From NCBI GenBank assembly GCA_963709345.1, contig CAVPVX010000004.1, positions 319,257-383,256 of the forward strand: a DNA stretch of 64,000 nucleotides. The letters are read 5' to 3'. The notes beneath the pieces were generated by a model. It saw only the letters and a list, made by a program, of their open reading frames with translations, was not told where the DNA came from and ran no database searches. Origin of the DNA: an uncultured Actinomycetes bacterium. Lineage in GTDB: Bacteria; Actinomycetota; Thermoleophilia; UBA2241. Positions 41,096 to 51,641 of this stretch are shown in pieces. Position numbers and translations under genes: made by a program. Positions within the stretch are counted from its first letter, which is position 1, and each line of letters starts with the position of its first letter.

Positions 41096-42663
41096 GACGA
41101 GTAGTCGTCGTACTGGCTGTAGCGGCCTTTGCCGCGTCGTGGCGTGCCGGTGACGACGATGCCCAAGGCCTGGGTGGGCGTCTGCGCGAAGAATCCCTCG
41201 ACGTTCTTCACTGTGTCCGCTGTGGTCTCTCCCAGCTTGAGGACCACCACCATGCCGTCCACGTTGGGCGCCATGGCCGCCGCATCGCCGACGGCGAACA
41301 TGGGCGGAGCGTCGACGAGGACGTAGTCCACCATGGTGGCCAACTCGCTCAGCACCGCGGCGAACTGCGGTGAGCCGACGATCTCGCCGGGGTTGGGCGG
41401 GAGAGGGCCGGACGGGAGGATGAGCAGCTTGAGCTCGCTCCGCTGCGAGTCCCGGTCGATGCCCAATGGCCCGTCCTGGCTGAGCGTCTTGACCCTGAGC
41501 GTGGTCTCGTCGCCGAAGTACAGGGTCTGAAGGGCATCCGCGAGCGACGCTGCTCCGGAGACCACGCTCGTGACGCCGCGAGCGCTGGAGATGTTGAAGA
41601 ACCGATGCAGGGACGGCCGGCGGAGGTCACCCTCGACGACGGCGACGCGCTTGTCCGAGCGCAGGAGGGAGATGGCCAGATTGGCGATGGTCGTGGACTT
41701 GCCCTGCGACGGCCCTGGACTGGTGACCAGGATGACGTTGATCTTGTGGCTGAAGTTCACGAACTCGAGGTTCGTGCGCAGGAATCGGTAGGCCTCGGCG
41801 GAGGGACCTCGCGGGTCGTCGAGGACCACGACCTTGACCGTGGCGCGGTCCTGGCGTCGGAACTCGGGTATGGCGGCGATGACGGGCACCTTGGAGAGCT
41901 CGGCGACCTCCTCGGCGGTGTGGAGCTTGGTGTCGATGGACTCGCGTACGAAGGCTACGCCCACGCCGAGCACGAGACCGGCAGCGAAAGCGAGGACGCC
42001 GTTGCGCAGCGGTTTGGGGCTCGAGGGGGCGCTCGGCGGCTGGGCTGCCTCGCCGATCGTGAGGCCGCCGCTGACCAGCGGCTTGAGGACGTCGAGTTGC
42101 GTGCGTCGCTCGATGAGAGCCGTGCGTGTGGCGTTGTCGGTCGTGGGCGCCTCGATCTGCTCGTTCAGGAGGACGATCGCCTCGTCGAGCGACTTCTGCA
42201 GGGTCTTCTGCCTCCAGGCCACGAACGCCGCGGCCGTCGCATTGGCGAGGGTCGCGGCTCCCTCGGGGTCGGGACGCACGGCCGTGATGCTGATGATGTC
42301 GACGTTGGGGTCCGCCTCGGCCGAGACGTCCGACATCAGCGTCGCCGGCTGGTCCTCCCAGCCGAGCTGCAGCTTGGCCGCCGACAGGATCTCCGGAGTC
42401 ACTGCGAGACTCGCCAATGTCTGGAGTTCGCGCTCGTCGGGCTTGGCAAGGTCGATGGACGTGCCGACCGCGACGCTGACGGAGGGGGACTGCGACTGGG
42501 CCATGACCCGCGCAGTCGCTGAGTACAGCGTCGGCTGCAACAGGCTGACGACCACAACGATGGCGGTCACGGCGACGACGGACTCGACGATCAGCCACTT
42601 GCGACGCCAGAGGATCTGGGCGTAGGTGCGCAGGCTGGCTGTGGACTCGCTCTGATCGGTCAA
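41092..42663 (-). CDS. polysaccharide co-polymerase/tyrosine autokinase (Wzc, CpsCD fusion)
   Basis: Wzz-like N-terminus, PxSPKP, EAYRxLRTNL, Walker A GKST, DLRRP, PPNP, VDAPP and a Tyr-containing tail. Confidence 0.9.
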   Translation of the reverse strand: MTDQSESTASLRTYAQILWRRKWLIVESVVAVTAIVVVVSLLQPTLYSATARVMAQSQSPSVSVAVGTSIDLAKPDERELQTLASLAVTPEILSAAKLQLGWEDQPATLMSDVSAEADPNVDIISITAVRPDPEGAATLANATAAAFVAWRQKTLQKSLDEAIVLLNEQIEAPTTDNATRTALIERRTQLDVLKPLVSGGLTIGEAAQPPSAPSSPKPLRNGVLAFAAGLVLGVGVAFVRESIDTKLHTAEEVAELSKVPVIAAIPEFRRQDRATVKVVVLDDPRGPSAEAYRFLRTNLEFVNFSHKINVILVTSPGPSQGKSTTIANLAISLLRSDKRVAVVEGDLRRPSLHRFFNISSARGVTSVVSGAASLADALQTLYFGDETTLRVKTLSQDGPLGIDRDSQRSELKLLILPSGPLPPNPGEIVGSPQFAAVLSELATMVDYVLVDAPPMFAVGDAAAMAPNVDGMVVVLKLGETTADTVKNVEGFFAQTPTQALGIVVTGTPRRGKGRYSQYDDYSS

Positions 42664-42761
42664 GGAAGTCGCCTTTCGCTGGTGGCCGTGGCGTCCGGGA
42701 GATTATACAGCAGGGCCCTTGTCGGCTTGGGCGCGAAAACCTTCGGCCGCGAACCGAGCTG

Positions 42762-43722
42762 CTAGCGCTTCTCCAGCTCCCGGATCCACTCCCACTCCGC
42801 CGCAAGCCCGTCCCTCAGTCCGACGCTCGGTGCGTAGTCCAGTAGCTCCTGCGCTCGATGCAAGTCGGCCCACGTGTCCCGGGCGTCACCGGGCTCAGAG
42901 CCCTTCATCTGCAGTCGAGGAGTGCAGCCTGTGACCGCCGCAAGCTCCTCGATGGCCTCGAGCAGGGTGACGCGGTGGCCGCCGCCAACGTTGATGACGG
43001 TACTCGAGGGCACATCGGGTGCGCGAGTCAGAGCGTCCACGATGTCCCCAACGAAGGTGAAGTCCCGCGTCTGCTGACCGTTGCCGTAGACGTCGATCGG
43101 CTCGTTTCGCAGTAGCGCTCGGATGAACTTGTGGAATGCCATGTCGGGCCGCTGCCGCGGCCCGAAGACCGTGAAGAAACGCAGGGTCACGGTGTGGAGG
43201 CCATGAGCCTTCGCGTAGAGGCCACAGAGGTGCTCGCCCGCCAGCTTCGTCACCCCATACGGCGACACCGGCTGATACGCCGCGTCCTCGCGTAGTGGCA
43301 TCACGGGGCAGTCTCCGTACACCGACGAGGACGACGCGTAGACGACTGCTCTGGGCCCGCCCGCCCACGCAGGCCTCGAGGACCGCCTGCGTCGCCAGCA
43401 CGTTGTTGTCCGTGTACGAGCGGAAGCTGCGCCCCCAACTTGCCCGCACTCCAGCCTGGGCGGCCAGGTGGTACACGCATCGGGCCTGCCGAAACGCAGA
43501 GGTCAGGTCATCGTCGGCGCGCGAGAGGTCGAGCAGGTCTCTCTCCATGAGCGTGAAGTGCGGATGCCCGAGCGCGCGTGAGAGGTTCGCCATTTTGAGG
43601 GCCGGGTCATAGTAGTCCGTGAAGCTGTCGATGCCGACGACTCGCTGACCGTTGTCCAGCAAGCGGTTGACGAGACTCGAGCCGATGAATCCGGCTGCTC
43701 CGGTTACTACGGTGTGCCCCAT
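42762..43722 (-). CDS. NAD-dependent nucleotide-sugar epimerase (UDP-glucuronate/UDP-glucose 4-epimerase type; frameshift ~43350)
   Basis: VTGAAGFIGS, HLAAQAGVR, SPYGVTK, FTVFGPRQRPDMA and RDFT. Confidence 0.88.
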
Positions 43723-43750
43723 AGACTCCTCGCCTTCTTGCGCCCGGCTG

Positions 43751-44372
43751 CTACTCGCGCGGTTCCACTGACCTCGAAGCCCTCGTTGCACATGACGTCT
43801 GTGCGCAGGGCGTAGTCAAGATCCTTGCGTACCATCTCGGAGACCAGTTTGAGGAACACGATGCGCGCGCGCCAGCCGAGCTTGTCACGGGCCTTGGCGG
43901 GATCGCCGAGCATGCTCTGCACCTCGGTCGGCTGGTAGTAGCGCGATCCAGCTTGACGACGATGTCGCCCGGCGTTAGGCGCAATGTCCACGCGCGGCCG
44001 TTGCCGCCGCCGCGGTCCTTGCGCGCGCGCTCGAGCGCAAGGGGGCCACGGCCGCGACGCAGCCGACCTCGTCGGCCATCGCGCTCGATCGCCCCGGTCG
44101 CCCCCAGCTCCTCGAACGCCCGCTGCACGAACTCGCGCACGCTGTGCTGCGCGCAGGTGGCGATGACGGAGTCATCCGGCTCTTCCTGCTGCAGCATCAG
44201 GTGCCTGGCGCCCGCATAGTCGCGGGCGTGGCCCCGGTTGCGGAGCGAACAGAGGTTGAGAGCCGGCCCGGCGCATGATGCCGTGCACCGTGTCGCCTTT
44301 GTCGAGCAGCGATTCGGCGGGGTAGGCGCCGCCCTGGCCGGTGATGCCGGTAATCGGTGCTGTCTTGGGCAT
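43751..44372 (-). pseudogene. gmd: GDP-mannose 4,6-dehydratase relic with a large internal deletion
   Basis: [17 protein letters not shown] is joined almost directly to [24 protein letters not shown], then RYYQPTEV..LGDPAKA..LGW. The central catalytic part is missing. Confidence 0.8.
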
Positions 44373-44603
44373 CGAACCTCTTCTCTTGCGACCGGCGGCC
44401 GCGGTCGCGCGGGGAAGGGAGGGTCCCGGCCGCTTCCTTGCCGTGAGCGTCATTCTACTGGGACGCACCTACCAGGGCGAGCAAGCTCAGTTCGGGCAAC
44501 TACGTCGCGCGGGAGGCCCAGATGATTCATGCTGCGAGATTGCGCCTGTCCAAGGAAGGCAAAGCGGAGAGGCCGAGAAACCACCGTCTGCCCGCAAGCC
44601 ACG

Positions 44604-45239
44604 ATGGACGCTGACCTCGACACCCCATCCGCGGTCAGCTGATGCACAGCCGACGCTCTCTTGCCAGTTGCCACGCGCAACGCCAGGCGCCGGGTCAAGG
44701 ACACCGAGGCGGTCGCTCTCCGCGCGGCTCAGGCGATCATGGGCATTCCGTAGAAATCGCCGATTCCACGCCGTCGCAGGCAAGCGCCTCGGCCACCTGT
44801 TCCCCCAACTGCCCCGTCGGGCAGGCTACTTCAAGCGCAGTGGCCGCCTCGCGGACACCATCGAGCGGCTCATCGCCCACTTCGTGCAGGAGAGCCGGGC
44901 GCCGCTGACCGGCTGGTGCTCACCGACTCGACCCCGGTCGAGTGCGCGCGCGGCCGCGACACGGTTGGTCGCTCGGCGCTCGCGGACCTCGCCGACTGAG
45001 CCTGCACGCCTTCTGCGCGCCGGACGAGACGCCGCGGGCGTTCGAGCCGGCCGATTCCCGGCGCGACGAGCGAGAGGTCGAGCAGCAAGGAACTGCCCGC
45101 GCTCGAGCGCCGCGGAGCGCGCACCGTGGTCGGACTGCGCGAGCGGGTGCTGATCTGCTTCCGCTGCATGGCGGCCTGCATCAGCCTCAATCATCGGCTG
45201 GGACGTTCGAGCCGGGCCCTCGACGACTCCTGCTCCTGA
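44604..45239 (+). mobile_element. degenerate IS982-family transposase remnant
   Basis: MDADLDT start, RLGHLFPQLP..GYFKR and LERxGART..AACISLNHRLGRxSRAL end, with stops and deletions. Family assigned by recollection of actinobacterial IS982 sequences. Confidence 0.55.
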
Positions 45240-45441
45240 TGCTGCGAGCGCAATCGATCGTCCAGCGACTCCGCAGCGGGTCGTCGTGCACAACCGGAAT
45301 CGGCTGAGATAGACTGGTGCCACCCTACGGGGGCGGGCTCGTGTTGGTCATCGTCGACCAGACATGCGTAGCTTGGGCGGGGATGCGGCGAGGTCGGCCC
45401 CCCCCAGTCGGTCAGCGCAACTCCCGAACGAGAGGCTGGAC

Positions 45442-46752
45442 ATGCTTCGTGACAAGACGCCCAGGCGTGGCACCAGGAACATAGTCGGCGACCTGATTCT
45501 CGCGATATCGGTTGTCGGCATTGCCCTTATGGCCCCGCTCGCCCGCCCCCTTCCGGCCGAAGCCACCGTCAATACCGCGCGCCCGGCCGCCCATGTCAAG
45601 CTCATCTTCATCCACCACTCCACCGGGCAGGCCTGGCTGGACGACGGCTACGGCCGCCTCGGCCTCGCCCTGCGCGACAACAACTACTTCGTCAGCGACA
45701 CCAACTACGGCTGGGGCCCGGACAGGATCGGCGACAGCACCGACCTCGGCCACTGGTGGACCTGGTTCCGAGGCCCGTCGTCGTCCGACCTACCTCAAGG
45801 CCCTCTACGCCGAGAGCGGCCAGCACTCCAGCACCTACTCCCGGCTCGCCAGGGACCCCGGCGGTCCCAACGAGATCATCATGTTCAAGAGTCTGCTCCC
45901 CCAACTCGCAGCTGAGGGAGATGGCGTGCCTGTGCCCGCGATCGACGACAACCCGATGAAGGGGCTGGGCATAGGCGGCCCCGACTGGTGGGACGCCTAC
46001 ACCGTGGCCAACGCCAAGGGCATCTACCTCGACCTGCTCAAGTACTTCGGCGCCCACCCCGAGAAGTTCTTCGTCGCCGTCGTCGCGCCGCCGGTCGCCT
46101 TTCCCGATACGCCCGGCGGTCGCGCTCTCGCAGACTGGCTGGTGGATCACTGGCTGCAGGACTCAGGCTACAGCGTTGGCAACGTGCTGGTCTTCGACTT
46201 CTACAACGTGCTGACGAGCAAGACCGGCAGCGGCGCCAGCGACGTGGGCCTGGCGAGCGGCAACCACCACCGCGTCTGGAACGGCGCCCTGCAGCACAAG
46301 ACCGACGACGGCGCCGACCACCTCGCCTACCCCAGGACCCCCGGTGACAGCCACCCCAGCGCTGTCGGCGACCAGAAAGCGACGGCCGAGTTCGTGCCGC
46401 TGCTCAACGCCGCCTACAACGCGTGGAAGGGGAGGGGGGGCGGGGATACGGTCGGGCCGAGGACCTACGCGCCGCACAGCGCGAGCGTGAAGAAGGGCCA
46501 ACGAGGGACACTGCATTACCGAGTGACCGACAACGTCGCCGCGAGCGCCACGGTCACCATCCGCATCCGCACGCGCGGCGGTGCGCTCAAGCGGACGCTC
46601 GCACTCGGGCTGCGGGGCACCGGTCCCAAGCGCCACGTGCACTTCACCTGCCGTCTGGCGCGCGGCGTCTACCGCTTCTACGTCCAGGCGCGCGATCTGA
46701 TGGCAACCGGGCCCTGACGCCGCTCGGCAGCAACCGGCTGACGGTGCGGTAG
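45442..46752 (+). CDS. secreted SGNH-like protein with a C-terminal beta-sandwich domain (copy 1; frameshifts ~45787, 45893-45919 and ~46700)
   Basis: Signal peptide; LIFIHHSTG, IIMFKS, VFDFYNVL, DSHP; C-terminal YRVTD..RFYVxAxD..GN..SNRLTVR. Confidence 0.55.
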
Positions 46753-47836
46753 ACTCGTTTCAAAGCCACCAAGCACAATCCGCAAGTGGGGGCCGATCAT
46801 GCTCCGTGACGAAGGGACGATCAGGCGCCGCGGCAAGAGCATCGTCGGCGCCGTGATTCTCGCGCTCATCGTCGTGGGCGTTGCGAGCGCCTGCGGGGTG
46901 GAAGGGGGGGGCGACACCTCCAACAGCACTTCCCCCAAAGACCGGTCCGCCAGCCCTCTGCCGGTGCCGGCGGACGTGAGTACCGAACCCGTCAAGCTCA
47001 TCTTCATCCACCACTCCACCGGGCAGGCGTGGCTGGACGACGGCTACGGCGGCCTCGGCCTCGCCCTGCGCGACAACAACTACTTCGTCAGCGACACCAA
47101 CTACGGCTGGGGCCCCGACAGGATCGGCGACCGCACCGACCTCGGCCACTGGTGGACCTGGTTCCGAGGCCCTTCGTCGTCCACCTACCTCAAGGCCCTC
47201 TACGCCGAGAGCGGCCAGCGCTCCAGCACCTACTCCCGGCTCGCCAGGGACCCCGGCGGTCCCAACGAGATCATCATGTTCAAGAGTTGCTCCCCCAACT
47301 CGCAGCTGAGGGAAGATGGCGTGCCTGTGCCCGCGATCGACGACAACCCGATGAAGGGGCTGGGCATAGGCGGCCCCGACTGGTGGGACGCCTACACCGT
47401 GGCCAACGCCAAGGGCATCTACCTCGACCTGCTCAAGTACTTCGGCGCCCACCCCGAGAAGTTCTTCGTCGCCGTCGTCGCGCCGCCGGTCGCCTTTCCC
47501 GATACGCCCGGCGGTCGCGCTCTCGCAGACTGGCTGGTGGATCACTGGCTGCAGGACTCAGGCTACAGCGTTGGCAACGTGCTGGTCTTCGACTTCTACA
47601 ACGTGCTGACGAGCAAGACCGGCAGCGGCGCCAGCGACGTGGGCCTGGCGAGCGGCAACCACCACCGCGTCTGGAACGGCGCCGTGCAGCACAAGACCGA
47701 CGACGGCGCCGACCACCTCGCCTATCCCAGGGCCCGCGGCGACAGCCACCCCAGCGCTGTCGGCGACCAGAAAGCGACGGCCGAGTTCGTGCCGCTGCTC
47801 AACGCCGCCTACAACGCGTGGAAGGGGAGGGGGGGC
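45595..47836 (+). repeat. ~845-bp near-identical direct duplication (45595-46441 and 46991-47836)
   Basis: Both copies run from gtcaagctcatcttcatccaccac to tggaaggggagggggggc with only scattered differences. Confidence 0.92.
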
Positions 47837-47896
47837 TCTAGCACGGCCGCGCCGACCGTCGCTGCGTGGCGGTGCGTCTCACCGCGGCTCGCCTAG
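46799..47896 (+). CDS. putative lipoprotein with the same SGNH-like domain (copy 2)
   Basis: Lipobox-like VASAC after a hydrophobic stretch; core nearly identical to copy 1. Confidence 0.6.
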   Translation: MLRDEGTIRRRGKSIVGAVILALIVVGVASACGVEGGGDTSNSTSPKDRSASPLPVPADVSTEPVKLIFIHHSTGQAWLDDGYGGLGLALRDNNYFVSDTNYGWGPDRIGDRTDLGHWWTWFRGPSSSTYLKALYAESGQRSSTYSRLARDPGGPNEIIMFKSCSPNSQLREDGVPVPAIDDNPMKGLGIGGPDWWDAYTVANAKGIYLDLLKYFGAHPEKFFVAVVAPPVAFPDTPGGRALADWLVDHWLQDSGYSVGNVLVFDFYNVLTSKTGSGASDVGLASGNHHRVWNGAVQHKTDDGADHLAYPRARGDSHPSAVGDQKATAEFVPLLNAAYNAWKGRGGSSTAAPTVAAWRCVSPRLA

Positions 47897-48221
47897 CGCA
47901 CCCTTGCCCTCGGTGCCAGACCCAAGTTCCTCCAAGGTCGCCCACACGAAACCTGCCAGGCTAGGGTCGGTGACCGCCGACTCCACGATACGGGAGGGTC
48001 ATGGCGGGGTCGAAGCTGCCGACACACTCGGTTGGGTGAGGCCCCGCGAACGTCGGCGACAAGCAGCAGCGGGTGCAGCGGACTGCCCTCGCCCCTCAGC
48101 TCCCCGGTACCGCGAGCACCGGATTCGGCTTCCCCGTTTGCGGCCGATTGGCGTGGCAGAATATCCTCACGGGGGCGAAGAGCAGCAGTCCCACCATCTC
48201 GCGGCAGCGGGAGGACCGTTA

Positions 48222-49082
48222 GTGGCCACAGATCTTCAGGACGCTCAGGGCGGTGACGGTCCGACGCTTGTGATCGAGCCCTCGAAGGGCTGGGTGAGGT
48301 TGGGACTTCGCGAGCTCTGGCAGTACCGCGAACTCCTATACTTCCTCACTTGGAAGAACATCCTGGTGCGTTACAAGCAGGCCGTGCTGGGCGTGCTGTG
48401 GGCTGTGCTGAACCCGGTTATCACGATGGTCGTCTTCACTATCATCTTCAACAAGATCCTCGGCGTGAGCAGTGGCTCTTACGGCGTGCCCTACGCCGTC
48501 TTCACCTTCACGGGCCTGCTCCCGTGGAACCTCTTCGCCGGATCCCTCACGAGCGCGGGCAGCAGTCTTGTGGGCAACTCCAACCTCATCACCAAGGTCT
48601 ACTTCCCGCGCTTGGTCATACCGTCGAGCGCGGTTCTGGGCACGCTGCCCGACTTCCTGATCGGATTCGTCGTATTGGTGGTGCTCATGATCGCCTATCA
48701 GGTGACCCCTACCTGGAACGTGGTGTTCCTTCCATTCCTGGTGTTGCTTGCTCTGGTCACGGCGCTAGGCGCGTCCCTGTGGCTCAGCGCCCTCTACGTT
48801 CTCTACCGCGACGTGCAGTACGTCATTCCCTTCCTGGTGCAGTTGTGGTTCTTCCTCACGCCGGTCTTCTATCCCACGAGCGAGATCCCGACCGGATGGC
48901 CCAGCGTGATCTACAACCTGAACCCAATGACCGGCGTCGTCGGCGGCTTTCGCTGGGCGCTCCTCGGTCAGCAGGCCCCCGGCACGATGTTCTGGCTGTC
49001 CACGGCGATGAGCCTGGTCGTCTTTGCGGGCGGTCTGTTCTACTTCAGGCGCATGGAGCGCGTCTTCGCGGACGTGGTATGA
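48222..49082 (+). CDS. wzm: polysaccharide ABC transporter permease
   Basis: ELWQYRELLYFL, RYKQ.LGxLW, LITKVYFPR, YRDV, TPVFY and NPM. Confidence 0.92.
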   Translation: MATDLQDAQGGDGPTLVIEPSKGWVRLGLRELWQYRELLYFLTWKNILVRYKQAVLGVLWAVLNPVITMVVFTIIFNKILGVSSGSYGVPYAVFTFTGLLPWNLFAGSLTSAGSSLVGNSNLITKVYFPRLVIPSSAVLGTLPDFLIGFVVLVVLMIAYQVTPTWNVVFLPFLVLLALVTALGASLWLSALYVLYRDVQYVIPFLVQLWFFLTPVFYPTSEIPTGWPSVIYNLNPMTGVVGGFRWALLGQQAPGTMFWLSTAMSLVVFAGGLFYFRRMERVFADVV

Positions 49083-50343
49083 ACACCGCGATTGCCATTT
49101 CCGGGCTCGGCAAGCGCTACATGATCGGCGCCACACGCGAGCGTTCGCACAGCCTGCGCGACGCAATCACGAACGCCGCTGCTGCGCCCGTCCGCCGGCT
49201 GCGGCACGCGGGTTCGTCTACCGGACACGTGAGCGAGCTCTGGGCCTTGCGCGACTTGACCTTCGACGTGGAAGCCGGCGAGGTCCTCGGCGTCATCGGC
49301 CGTAACGGCGCCGGCAAGAGCACCCTGCTCAAGATCCTCACACGGATCACGGAGCCGACCGAGGGACGCATCGCGCTTCACGGGCGCGTCGGCAGCCTGC
49401 TCGAAGTGGGCACAGGGTTTCATCAGGAGCTCAGCGGCCGCGAGAACATCTACCTCAACGGCGCGATCCTGGGTATGACGCGGGCAGAGATCGGGCGCAA
49501 GTTCGACGACATCGTGGAGTTCTCGGAGATTGCCGACTTCCTCGACACCCCCGTGAAGCGCTACTCCACCGGCATGTTCGTGCGCCTTGCCTTCGCCGTG
49601 GCCGCGCACCTTGAGCCCGAGATTCTGCTTGTGGACGAGGTCCTGTCGGTTGGCGACCTCGGCTTCCAGCGCAAGTGCCTTGGTCAGATGGAGCAGCTCG
49701 CAGGTGCGGGGCGCACGATCGTCTTCGTCAGCCACAACATGGCGGCGGTACGCGGCCTCTGCACCCGCGTCGTCGAGATAGAGGCAGGCCACGCGGTCGC
49801 GGATGGTCCTCCGGATGAGACCGTTGGCGCCTACATCGCAAGCCAGGTGGAATCGGGGGGCGCGGTGCTGCATCTGCCGCGGCCGCTTGGCAAGCCCGAC
49901 GAGCTGGTCATCACCGCAGTCCGCGTGGTCGGCGAAGATGGCAAGACAAGGGGCCGTTCCGAAGCAGCCACCTTATCAGTGTAGAGATTGATATCGAGGT
50001 TGCGCGCGAGAACGCAGCCTACCAGGTCGGCTTCGACCTGCTGTCGGACGACGGTCTCGTTCTACGGAGTTGGCACACCGACGGGCCTCCCGACGACTGG
50101 CCGCCAATTCGGACCGGTCGCGGCACCCTGCGTTGTGGGCTCCCCGCAGGACTGCTGAATGAAGGCAGATACGCCATCGCGCCGCGGGCAGATGTGTACA
50201 AGAGCCACTTCATCGTCAACGGAGATGAAGCCATCTGGTTCGACGTGGTGAAGGACCATCTCGAGTCGCCGTTCTCGTGGGTCAGGAACCCGGGGCCGCT
50301 GGCGCCGCTGCTCGACTGGAGTGTGAAAGGCAGCGCAACCTAG
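49079..50343 (+). CDS. wzt: polysaccharide ABC transporter ATPase with C-terminal carbohydrate-binding domain (frameshift ~49950)
   Basis: GRNGAGKST, LEVGTGFH, YSTGM, DEVL and VSH; the +1 frame continues as a Wzt_C-like domain (LNEGRY) to TAG 50343. Confidence 0.9.
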
Positions 50344-50462
50344 TGCGACGACCGGTGACCAGTTTCTGATGGCGCCAGACCTCTGAGCTTGCCGCGGGGC
50401 TTGTGGGAAGATGGTCTCCTACCGACAGGCTCCCTGTGACCTGTGCGACCTACGGCGGGTCT

Positions 50463-51641
50463 AGTGTCCTGAGTCAGAGATCCGCTGGCAATAGGAGGCG
50501 AGGCGTCTGGAGGATCTCATCGGCGCGTCTTGTGCCAGACGAAGGGTCGCGGGTCGTCGTTCCAGTCCGCGATCCAGGTGCGGATCGAGGCGACCAGTTC
50601 CTTGGTCGAGCGGTGGCTGCCGCGCCGGAGCCAGCGCTCCGTGAGCTCGGCGAACCAGCGCTCGACGAGGTTCAGCCAGGAGCTGTAGGTGGGCGTGAAG
50701 TGGAAGGTGAAGCGCGGGTGACGCACGAGCCAGCGGTGGATGGCCGGGGTCTTGTGCGTGGAGGAGTTGTCGACGATGACGTGCACGTCGAGGTCGGCCG
50801 GCACGCTGCGGTCGATCAGGTTCAGGAAGCGGCGGAACTCCTCGGCGCGGTGGCGCGCGGTGAGGTCGCCGATCACCAGCCCGGAGGCGACGTCGAGGGC
50901 GGCGTAGAGGTTGGTGGTGCCGTGGCGGCGGTAGTCGTGGGTGGCCCTGGCCGGCGTGCCCGGCAGCAGCGGCAGGATCGGCGCGGTGCGGTCGAGCGCC
51001 TGGACCTGCGTCTTCTCATCGACGCACAGCACCACCGCCGCCTCGGGCGGGTTCGAGGTAGAGCCCGACGATGTCGCTGACCTTGTCGATGAACAGCGGG
51101 TCGGTCGAGAGCTTGAAGCTCTCGAGCGGTGCGGCTTCAGGCCGAAGGCGCGCCAGATGCGGCTCACCGCGGTCTGGTCATGCCCGATCTCGCGCGGCCA
51201 TCGAGCGCGTCGACCAGTGGGTGGCGTCTCGGCGGCGTCTCCTCGAGCGTCTTGACGATCACCCGCTCCACGTCGTCGTCGGTGATCGTGCGCGGCTGCC
51301 CGGCCGGGGCTCGTCGTGGAGGCCGTCGAGGCGCCGCTCACACGAAGCGCGCTCGCCACTTGCCCACCGTGACCTGGTTGACGCCCTCGGCCGCCGCCAC
51401 CTGCTGGTTGGTCAGCCCCTCGGCGCAGGCCAGCACGATGCGGCAGCGCAGCGCCAGGGCCTGGGCGCTCGTCGGTCGCCGCGCCCAGCGCTCGAGGGTC
51501 GTCACGCTCCTCGCCGGTGAGCATCAGCTCGGCCTTCGGTCGTCCCGTTGCCTGCCATGGTCGCCTCCCATCATCGCAGACATGAGACGATGAGAGCACA
51601 GACAGCTCAAGCATTCAAGCGAACTAACGACTCAGGACACT
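50463..51641 (-). mobile_element. IS630-family insertion sequence (transposase with frameshifts)
   Basis: 13-bp inverted repeats agtgtcctgagtc (50463) and gactcaggacact (51629), left end at CTAG; VDEKTQ, DYxRHGT, DNSSTHK, SWLNLVERWF, PFVWxKT. Confidence 0.92.
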
